64,000 nucleotides of DNA from NCBI GenBank assembly GCA_973895155.1, contig OZ316893.1:3826490-3890489 (forward strand). The letters run 5' to 3'. Positions 12,395 through 22,289 of this stretch are shown piece by piece (positions within the stretch are counted from its first letter, which is position 1; every line of letters begins with the position of its first letter). The notes below the pieces were generated by a model. The model was given only the letters and a program-made list of their open reading frames with translations, was not told where the DNA came from and did not search any database. Both the position numbers and the translations under genes were made by a program. This DNA comes from Marsupella aquatica. Its lineage: Eukaryota; Plantae; Marchantiophyta.

Positions 12395-13431
12395 GTACTT
12401 CATTTTTATGAATGCAAAAATACCAAATATTGTAAACCAACAGACAATGTACACTTCACTTTTGCAAAGGACACCCTGCATAGTTTGGGCATGAGCAAAG
12501 AATTACCACTTTGGGGAATGGTGTTTCATTTTTGTGCAAATTGCCCTGAGTAGTTTGGGCAAAAGGTTACCTAGCATAAACCCAATGAAGAATATGGGAA
12601 AATTTACACTTCAGAGGAGTAGATTGAGAGAGGGTTATGGCTCATAATGTAAACACTATGGTATGCAAATTAAAAAATTTATTTCATGGTCTGTTTACAA
12701 AATGTCATTCAGAGCTGAAGCCTTGTTGGCACTTGATTATGGTGACATTATCTCCTAACCATGAGCTAGGTCTAAAGGTGTCACTTCACACTTCTCAAAG
12801 TGGCCAACCCTTGACTCTTTCAGTACTAACAAACTCTTTGACATCCAGTTGCCAAGCTGGCTTGCCTAGTCCCTGCAGCATATGACTATCCACAGGCAGG
12901 GCATATGCAGCATATTACTATCAACACACAGGGTATATATATCATAGTGCCCAAGGGCAAAAAATGCCTAACCTGGAGACATGATCCCAATGGTGAAGTA
13001 GTCCAATTGAAGGGGAGGAAAAGAGGGGAAAAGACCCCAAGAGAAACAAGCCAAGGGTCCCCAACCAAAAGTCAACTAAGAACACTGTTCCATCAGCCCT
13101 CACACGGACCCTCACCTTCCTTTGGCCCGGCCCTGAAATAGCGTTTGAGGGGCTCTATCACATCTCTTTCAATGGGCCCCCTAGTAAGAACTTTTCCCAT
13201 GCAGTAGCATTGACGGTGTACCGGCAAATTTGAACGACGGTCACCTTAACCGTCGGTCCATTATTTTCCTATCGATCTCCCCTGTGAGTGTTGAAAGAGG
13301 ACTCTTGCATTGTCTAAAATGCCACCTCTGTTGTCTTGCGCCCGTGCTTGTTCTCCTCTTGATTGATTTGATTTCTGTTGTGGAGAGGTTTCAATTTCTT
13401 TTGTGCAGTGAACTCCATTTTTATTGTTGAG

Positions 13432-14860
13432 ATGGAATTTGAAGATGAGGTTCTGCTGGATTCCCTGGCCACATTGGTGATGAGCTATGCAGCAACGTCT
13501 GTGCCGATTCTTGTTACGCAGCTTCTTCCTGGGCTTCATATTGGGAGGCTCACAAATCCATCTCAGCTGAATGGAGTGTTCAATTTTGAGTCAAGGAAAA
13601 GACGGCGTGATGATGATGAGATTTGGCCGCAAGTGTGGGCCTTCATTCAAGTTCTGAGAAACTATTTCATGAGAAAAAGAGAGATTGATTGCCCCTGGTA
13701 CATTAAACCTAGAACCATCCAGTGGTTTTATCTGTTTATTGACTTTGTTCCTTACGATGATCCTGATAGATTCAAGGAATTTTTCCGTGTTAGCCCTGGG
13801 GCGTTTTATGCAATATGTGAGATGGTTCATGGGGACATGGTCACAAATCCACCGGCAGCATTCTGTACACTGCCAAATAGAAAACTCTCTGTCGAGAGGC
13901 AGGTGGCCATTGCAATTAGAAGGCTTTCCACAGGAGATCAATGTCTTGGGATCAAGGAGCTGTTTGGAGTTTCTCATGCAACTATAGTCAAGGTCACCTG
14001 GAAGTTTATTCAAGCAATAATCAAGCAAGCTAGGGAGACATCTGATCCAATGGCTGAGTGCAATAGAGCTTGAAAAAGTGATATTGGAGTTCATTGCACG
14101 ATGGGGTTTCCCCAACTGTTGTGGGGCAGTCGATGGCACACATTTCCCAGTTGAACTACCAGCCTTAGAGCGTAGCCAGGATTACTTTGATTTCAAGAAA
14201 AAAATGTCGGTTTCTATGCAGGCCATTGTGGATCTTAACCTCAGGTTCTTGGATGTTGTAGCAGGTTGGCCAGGTAGCATACAAGATACCAGATTGCTTA
14301 GAGTTTCTACCTTCTTTAGAGATGTTGAATATATACGTACAAGGCTGCATGGCTTGGAGTATTTCTGTCAAGACGGCACCTCCGTATTGAGGGAGTACAT
14401 TATTGGGGATGCAGGATATCCCTTGTATCCATGGTTGATTGTCCCTTTCACAAATGGTTTATCTGATGAACATGACAGATGGAACCATCGACATTCTCAA
14501 GCACGAATGGCAATGGAACGAGCATTTGGACAACTGAAAGGTATCTAGAGAATCCTTAGCCGAATTCTTTGGAAACCAAGAAAAGATAGGATCGGGTCTA
14601 TGATTTACTCTTGTTGTATTCTCCACAACTTTCTTATTCACCATGGTGAGCACATTAGCCCTAAGCTGATTTGGGGGATTACAGCTCACCCTGGTGGATA
14701 CAGTGGAGTACATGTGCCCAGACAAGAATACATGGAAGGAGGGGCAGAAGCACGGGACAATCTTCTAAATGAGGTTGACATTCTAGACCAGAGAAGGAGC
14801 GCAAGGGCAAGGGTACCCAAGATTGAGCTCCAATCCTACACTTCAACTAGCATAATCTAG
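13432..14860 (+). pseudogene. PIF/Harbinger (HARBI1-like, DDE_Tnp_4) transposase, disrupted
   Basis: FKEFFRVS..AF..IC, LSVERQVAIAIRRLSTG...LFGVS helix-turn-helix, GFPNCCGAVDGTH, GWPGSIQD, IGDAGYPL.PWL, MERAFGQLK and CCILHNF. Frameshift near 14030 and TAG at 14546-14548 in place of the usual Trp. Confidence 0.93.
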
Positions 14861-16199
14861 AAATCCTTTTTGTATGCCAGTTATTTTTTCAAGCAAGGGA
14901 GATTGATTCACAAAAGACTACCTGAAAAAGCGCTTTCATGAGGTTTTTTATACATTCATTTCAATGTCAGCTGGCTTATTCTGCAACTTTCTTTTGCAAA
15001 GACACCTTTACAATGAGCCCACGCCTCTCACAGTACTCTATAAAGTGGTTATTTGGATTCTGTCATCACACGTGGCATTCCATAGGTTCAAGTTGCACCT
15101 AAGCTTCTACTGTTGTGATGATAAGTTTTTGTTTACCAGATTTTTCAGGAATAAGAGTCACCTTTATTACCAAAAGGTCTGCAAAGTGTCACCTGTGCTT
15201 TTAGTTCACATCACTTTCTAGAAGTATTTTATATGCCATGAGCTTGATGCCTTCCATGTGTTTGCTTGCTATTCGAATTAGCTGTGCATCAATCCCAATG
15301 CTCTTCCATGTCTTGAAAAAACTCATTGAAATTCATCCAAAAAGCCAGCATACAACATGGGCGACCCACAAAAGCGGGTCATCACCCGGGGGGGACCATA
15401 GGTCAGCGAGTCAGGGGGACCGGAGAGGCCGGTACCAGGAGAGAAGCCAGCCCAACACCAAGGGAGCCAAACAAGACATTCAACTACTGCAGAAGGAGCG
15501 GCACAACTCCAAAGACCGGCCAGTGGAGAGGTACCAGCAAGGCACCAAACAGTGGGTCCATGATCGATATAGCCTAAAGCAATATCGATCTAGCTTGCAG
15601 TGAAGCTTCAATCTATTCCTAACAAACACTCTAAATCATGGGGGGCGAGGAGGCACCGGTGGCACTTGCAGGAGAGCTTCATGGATTTCATACAGTCCAT
15701 CCCATGAACCATAATTGACCATCATGTAAGAGATGGCATCACCTAAAGAGGTTTTACCGGCCCTAATTTTAAATTGTTGTTTGGCCCAATCTCTACGCAT
15801 GTAAAGACGGTGCCACGATTTCCGGATGACAGCCTGGTCATTGGACCAAGTAAGCTCAATGAAATGTGAGCTCCGGTCCTTCCACAGGATCCAAGAGACA
15901 ATGGCCCGGAGAGTATGCCAGAGTTTCAGGGGAGCGTCCCAATCCTCCAGGAGGGGGGCACCCACAAAGATGTGAGCCCCCCGAGGAGCCCCCGTGTGAG
16001 CCGGCTGAAGGCAGATGGCGGTACATCGAGTGGGAGAGGTGCAGCGCAGGATGAATTGTACCCATTGCCAAACGGATGAAGAAATGGGGCAACTCCATAT
16101 ACAGTGCACAATATCTTCCTGTGGTTGAGGTCGCATGCATTGTGTACACCAGGTTAATGGGTCCGTGGGTGGTAGAGTCACTACAACACTATGCACCTC

Positions 16200-16720
16200 T
16201 TTTGCGAACCGCCACCCTTCGCATCATACAAAGGAAACAAAATCCAAAATACCGACTTTGCGAACTTACTCGCATCGCAACATCTTCGCTACTTCCCATC
16301 TTAAATCCTTCGCAAACGGCCCTTCGCAACTACTTCGCAACTTGCAATTCTAAATACACCGCAACATCTCCGCAACGTTGCGACGGCATTGTCCTTGCAA
16401 ATATTGAGAAACGACGAATTTCATTATTTTGCGAGAACAAATGGATTGCTCGTGTTGCGATAACATTTACATCGTAATTTCCGATGTTAAATTTCTCTAT
16501 AACTTGCGATGCAAACTAACTCGCAAAATTGCAAAAATTGGATGACCGCTTTGTTGCGAAGGCATTTAACTCGCAAACCTGCGGAGACGTAGTCTTTGCT
16601 AGGGTTGTGATATAGACAACATCGCAAGTGTTGCGATGCTTTTGTTCTCGGAATTGTTGTGATACGTTCGCCGTGGCTCTTTGAGATGGGGGTTGGTTCT
16701 CAAAAGCTTCGCAAAATGTA
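16200..16720. repeat. CACTA left subterminal repeat array (TTGCGA/TCGCAA core)
   Basis: Many copies in both orientations, for example TTTGCGAAC, CTTCGCAAA, CTTCGCAAC, GTTGCGATA. Confidence 0.85.
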
Positions 16721-16967
16721 TTTTTTTATGGGTTTTTGTGTATTTGGGTTAGGGTGAGGGTGAGGGAGACCATTCATGGGTTTTGAAGGAGAGAGGAAAG
16801 TGATGTTGACCTAGTCTACCGCAATTAAAATGGCATTACTGAAAAAGTACAAAAGTTACAAAAAGGAAGGGTAAAAACCCTTAGGTAAGGCGCCACGGAC
16901 ATGCATGCTGATCGCTATACATGTGAACTCGATGTAAGTGCTCTAGCTACAACCTGTCTACATAGAG

Positions 16968-19043
16968 CTAGAAAGGAGTGTTCCTGCCCCTCCTTGCCTT
17001 CTTCCCCTTGGCCTTCTCCTTGCCCTTGCGTGCTCTTGGAGGGGGGTGCAACCTGGACTTCCTCCTCCTCTTGGTCACCCTCGGGGTCACCCTCCTCCTC
17101 ATCCTCATCCTCATCCTCATCCCCACCCCCACCGCCCTGGCTTGCCGCGCTACCACCCCCAGCACCACTGGAATGTGTTGATGCAAATGACTAGTCTCCA
17201 GTGCTAGTTGGCCTGGCTTGAGTAGCAGGAGCTGTGCTCCCCTCCCCTGTCCCCTCCACATCCTCATCACTACTATCGGTGCCACCCTCGGTATGGGAGT
17301 CACCATCCTCCCCTCCCTGCTTCCATTAGCAAACCAGGGTGTATGTTAGTCTCATATTCTTTACAAGTGTGAACAAAAGAGATATTCATTCAAAATTGCA
17401 ATGAATGTAATAACCTAAAAATGCTCACCAGTAATTCATCAACTTGCTGAAAGAGATGCTCCTTCCCATGTTTCTGGCCCACCTCCATCTCAGCCGCCGT
17501 AATCTTCCTCTTGTACCTCTTGTACTAAGCCAAAACAAAACCAGCACAATTGGGTTAACACCAACCCATAACCCGATTCACATGGCTTCTAAAAATTAGG
17601 GGGTTTGTTGGGGCTGGTGGGGTGGTGCATCAAGGTTTTGGGTTTATGGAGGGTGGCATATATGGGGAAGACCCTCAAAGAACACTTAAACGACCAGAAA
17701 ATTTAAAAATTCAAATTTTTGAAATTTTGCGAAGGCGTCAGCTTTGCAATCATAAGGACAATTACGTTTGCGAAGCTTGTTGCGATGCGAATGTCTTCGC
17801 AATGCCTTCGCAAACGTAAGCAAAAAAAGGGCATAATAAGGTTTGCGAAGGATTTGCGAAGCTACCCGCATCGCAAATGCATTGCAAACTCTGTCATGGC
17901 AAAAACCCGAGAGGGAAGCAACTGTACGTAACCTAATCTGACACAACAAGTCTAATTGTAACTACTTGGTGGAAATGCAAGAAAGAGTTGGCTCATTGCA
18001 TGTGTGTTGGAATAGGAATTGGAGTAGCAAGAAGTCAAGGGAGGAGAGGGAGGTGCACTCACGAATGCTGCTTTGAGGCCGGGGAGGCCACCTTGACCCA
18101 GCCTGTGGGTGATGTTGGGCTTGTCTCGGACTCGCTCAGCTGCCTTCAAGAACTTGTTGGGTGGATCGCCTACTTCTGCTACAACCTGCTGGAGCTGGGC
18201 TACCTTCTGCTCCATCACCTTTAGGTCCCGGTCAGACTTCCCGGCCTCCTTTGCCCTTCGAGCCTTTGCCAGCTTCTCTGTGAAATCATTGAGGAGCCTG
18301 GTTGCTTTCAACTTCACCTCTGTCTGATAGAAGGCCTGCCAGATATCTTCTGAGAATTGCAGCGGCCTCTGCAAATTCCTATACTCCTCCAAATCTCTAG
18401 GGTGAGACCTGATCTTCATTCTATCATGGTATCTAGCTTGTGACATGGAGTTTGAAATTTTGTCAGCAAGCCACTGTGAATCCATCTCTCCTCCATTTCG
18501 AAATGCATCTTTCACCTGATTGATGACTCGCTTCTGCTCTACCTTTGAGCGATTGCCCCACTCGACTCCTCTTGCAAAATTTGTGGATACAATGTGCCTG
18601 ATTGTGCTCTTGGCCCCATTGTAAGCAAGCTCGATGGGAATCCCCTCATCCTCTAAAGTAATCAGAGGCAGCTTCCTCCTTGCTGCCTCCTTCTTTCTTT
18701 GCTCCTCCCTCTGTTTCCTGATCAGGTCTCTCTCATCTTTCCTCCTCTTCTTTTCCAATGCTTGAGGCGAGAGCACTCCAGCCTGAGCTCTCTCGTCCCT
18801 CTTTCGCTTCCTCTCAGTAGCCGCCTGCTCTGCTGCCTTCCTTGCATCCTCCTCTACTGCTGCTTGCCCTACAGTGAGACCTGCTTGCAAGGCTTGGCCC
18901 AGAAGGGCACTCAATGATGCTAGCCCTGCTGGACTGCTGAAATCAATTTGACTCAACTGTGCAACCAAAAAATGCTCATCCACAATCGCCTTCAATCGAT
19001 CCCCCCCCTCGGTTGCCTCCGCTGCTGCCAGAAGCTCCTCCAT
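16968..19043 (-). CDS. Putative TnpA-like accessory protein of the CACTA element (3 exons; last exon probably damaged)
   Basis: ATG at 19043 (MEELLAAAEA). Exons 19043-18063, 17524-17429 and 17316-about 16968, with canonical phase-0 GT-AG introns. Coiled-coil region, THRLGQGG motif resembling Ptta/En-Spm (Transposase_24) proteins, acidic tract and basic NLS-like tail. Exon 3 has a TAG near 17191 and an apparent homopolymer frameshift near 17045. The family assignment is an inference. Confidence 0.65.
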
Positions 19044-19779
19044 CACCACCAGTCCCCTCTCCGCTTGCCATCGCTCCGCCCTTGCCCTCGTTGCTCTCCT
19101 TAGGCCTGAATGAACTGAATCCGCCTTGTCCGCGCTCGACAATCCATAAGGATTCAAAATATTAGGCTTTGCGATTCGTTTTGCATCGCAGTTTGCGATG
19201 CATCTGCCTTCGCAAAAAGCTTCGCAAATGCTATCTTTGCGAAGCTTCAGGATTCGCAAACGCCTTTGCTATTTGGTTTTGCCATAACCCCCATCTCGCA
19301 TGCGTATTTGATGTGTTGTTAGGGATACTAAGGGGGCTTATGAACATTAAATGGGGTAGAAGTAGAGGATTATGTTGCATTTTAGTGGGATGTGATCAGA
19401 TAAGGATTGGGGGGTTAGAAAATTGAAGGAGTTATATTGGAGGGTAAGAGGAGGGGGTTTGGCCTAGTTAGGGGAGGGTTTCTTTTGTGAAGGTTGGGCT
19501 TAGATTGGCTTAGATACGAGGGGTTTTATGTTTTGGGTTTGCAGGGGGTTTTATTTATGAAGGTTGGGGTTATATGTATTGGAGGGTAAGAGCTAGGAGG
19601 GGTTTTATGTTTTGGGTTTTGGGGTTTAGGCCAACTTAGGAGGGTTTGAAAGAGAGGTTTCAATTTTATAGTATCTTGGGTTACTTTTATGGTATCTTAG
19701 GAGGGTAACCAAGAGGGGTGGCATATAATTATGGTAGAGAGAAGCATAGGATGGTTGAAGGGAATTGACCATTTAGGTT

Positions 19780-20810
19780 TTTGCTAACTTCATTGGCTTA
19801 AGCTTTTAGAGTTCCCAAGGGTCTATGGTGGGTTTTTATTGCATGACACAGTTCACCTTTCACTTGAAGCGGGATGAGGTTTTGGTTTTTATGCTAACAA
19901 TTGAGGGAAATCCCATGTAATCATGATCACTGCTTCCTCAACTTTTGTCTAATGCATATGCATTGTGGGAACCTGGACATCTAAAAGGTATATTTAAACA
20001 TGTATGTTAGCAGGGTTTGATAAATAGATTGTTCATAAACCTTGCCCTTCTTTGTTGTGCAAGAAAATCTATATGCTCATGTTTGGGGGTCTACAACTTG
20101 AGAGAAGCTAATGGCTATCCAAACTTACTTTTTGTTTCCAGTACTTTCCTCGTGCTTCTAGATTCAGCTCATGTTCATTGAGCCACACGACCTACAGGCA
20201 CTATTGAGTCCGGATCTCATTCAGGTAATTGTCCAACTTCATTCTGGGCTTAGGCCTTTAGAGTTTTCCCAGGGGTCTAGGGTGGGTTTTTATTGCATGA
20301 CACTCATCTTTCACTCGAGGGGGGATAAGGGTTTAGGGTTTAGGGTTTTATGCTAACAATTGAGGGGAGAACCCATGTAATCATGATACAACGCAGGGCC
20401 AACACTACTACCTCAACTTTTGTCTAATGCATATGCATTGTGGGAACCCGGGCATCTAAAAGGTATAACATCATGTATACAGTCAATGTTGTTAGTACAG
20501 ATTTTTATGCTTGCCCTTCTTTGTTGTGCCATGATATATATGGGTAAATGTCTAAGATTCCACAACTTGACGGCTGCTAATTACCATCCAAAATTACATT
20601 TTGTTTCCAGTATTTTCCTCCTACTTCTAGATTTGGCAAATGTTCCAAAAGCCACGTGACCTATAGGCACTGTTGAGCCCGGGTCTCATTCAGGTAATAA
20701 TCTAACCTCACTTAGGACATAGGGTATTACAATTTTCCCAAAGGTTATAATGTGGTTATAATTTGGGTTTCATGCTAACAAATATAAAAGGGTAATAAAA
20801 CCCCATGTAT
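19780..20810 (+). repeat. Internal tandem repeat of about 460-480 bp (2+ copies) between the divergent CACTA genes
   Basis: GGTGGGTTTTTATTGCATGACAC, ATGCTAACAATTGAGGG, CAACTTTTGTCTAATGCATATGCATTGTGGGAACC and TCTCATTCAGGTAAT each recur at this period. Confidence 0.85.
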
Positions 20811-20915
20811 AAACCAACCTAATTGTTTTTTGAGTTCATTTTTTTGAAAATCGCTTTATATATGGCCTAATTTTTCCTAATCATGCCCTACATGCAATGT
20901 AATGTGGCAGTGGAT

Positions 20916-21137
20916 ATGTCCTCTTCCTCTGAACTATCCAGTAGTGAGTACTCCTCCGATGACGATATACCCCCTCCTCAGCCCGAGGTTACCGGTCCTC
21001 GTGGTCCACCCCAAAGACTTTGTGACTGCACCAGATGTGTGGGCCAAATTTCTCAAAAATCTTATGTGTGTGCTCAACATATCGAGAGATATGGACGTCA
21101 TAGAGGTCTTACTCCCGGGGCTTCTTCATCCCATATG
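20916..21137 (+). CDS. Shared first coding exon with transposase-associated Zn-binding motif
   Basis: MSSSSE...RLCDCTRCVGQISQKSYVCAQHIERYG...SHM|GTAAGT. The CxCxxC-x13-H-x4-G spacing matches the N-terminal Transpos_assoc-type domain of CACTA transposases. Perfect phase-0 donor at 21138. Confidence 0.75.
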
Positions 21138-21256
21138 GTAAGTTTGTTTCAATTGATTGCCATTCTTTACTGTTATTTTTAGAGGTGAATCAATGTTTAC
21201 ACATATGGTTTACACATTTGGTTGTTTGTGGGTGTTTGCATGGAATAGGGATCCAG

Positions 21257-22078
21257 TATGCGAGATTGGTGACACCACCACCCTATGTCCCATCACAAGG
21301 AGTTTTAGATGCTATAGGCAATGCACTTTCACAAGCCTTGGGTTTGGGAATCAGTACCAATCATGGGACAGAAGGGGAACACCCTCATGTGCCCACTGAG
21401 ACACGAAGACCCCGGTCCAGGCCCCAGTCCAACAGGAGGCCACGAGCACCCAATGACCCATCCAGAACACTAGTTCAGGGTAGGTGGGGTGTTTGTTCAT
21501 TCACTGGCAAGTGTGCCTCTATCATCAAGGATTGGGAACCTATCACTCTTGGCTTGCCTTATTTTACAGATTTTGATGAGGAGATTGTGGTTTGGGGTAG
21601 ACGTTGGATTGTGAAAACTTCCACACTTGGAGAGAGACATGGATATGGAGTATTTGCTTGTGAGGATATCATCATGGATAAGGAGGGTGGGTCAAGTGTT
21701 CGTGGTAGAGAGGGTCCTACTTTGTTCCCATACGGTGGACCCATCTACAAGAGAAGACATTGGAACATGATCCTTGCACAACATCCTGAGTGGAAAACAT
21801 ATGCTCTAGAGATGGATACTTTTGATGGTAGCACTAGAAGGTATAGTGAGCAGCGGGTGATAGACGGTGATCCCATACGTAATGGGAATATTGCTGGTTT
21901 CGTAAATAGTACTGTGGGGACTCGGTCCAAGCGTAGGGCCAATTGTGAGTGGGTTTTTATTGATGGTCCAATGCCAGCACCATATGGCACGACATATCAT
22001 AAGGACCATTGCCTAGTTCTTGCTACTAGGACCATTAGAGCAGGAGATGAGTTATTCACACACTATGAGTGGGATTAG
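21257..22078 (+). CDS. SET-domain protein exon (lysine methyltransferase-like) inside the CACTA element
   Basis: Uninterrupted ORF. SET motifs at about 21605-22075: KTSTLGERHGYGVFACEDI, LFPYGG, VIDG....GNIAGFVNST...ANC, LVLATRTIRAGDELFTHYEWD*. In-frame CAG acceptor at 21254-21256 (predicted). Confidence 0.85.
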   Translation, partial: YARLVTPPPYVPSQGVLDAIGNALSQALGLGISTNHGTEGEHPHVPTETRRPRSRPQSNRRPRAPNDPSRTLVQGRWGVCSFTGKCASIIKDWEPITLGLPYFTDFDEEIVVWGRRWIVKTSTLGERHGYGVFACEDIIMDKEGGSSVRGREGPTLFPYGGPIYKRRHWNMILAQHPEWKTYALEMDTFDGSTRRYSEQRVIDGDPIRNGNIAGFVNSTVGTRSKRRANCEWVFIDGPMPAPYGTTYHKDHCLVLATRTIRAGDELFTHYEWD

Positions 22079-22289
22079 GAAATCATGTCCTTTATCCTCT
22101 TGCACCTGTTTTGGACTTCCCATTTACAATTATATATATGGCCTTTGGGCTCATTTTGGAGTAATAAGGTTTTAGCCCATGCATTTACTTTAATTCTTAA
22201 TGTCTTGAATGAATGGTGTTAAGTCTATTTTAATTTGTTGTACTTGGTCAAATATACATGAGGAGGTTTTTTGGTTGTAATGTGCATAG

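Noticed and set aside
13591-14139. 182-aa minus-strand ORF
   Set aside because: Antisense shadow of the Harbinger transposase with no recognisable motifs.
16200-16720. Repeat arrays as a CRISPR-like structure
   Set aside because: No constant repeat-spacer period, eukaryotic context, and fully explained as CACTA subterminal repeats.
19044-19259. N-terminal extension of the 435-aa ORF upstream of MEELL
   Set aside because: It runs through the TTGCGA motif cluster and starts at a non-ATG codon; the ATG at 19043 is the more plausible start.
21185-21256. Start of the SET ORF at GTG 21185 as listed in the ORF track
   Set aside because: Non-ATG start in T-rich intron-like sequence; better explained as intron ahead of the 21256 acceptor.
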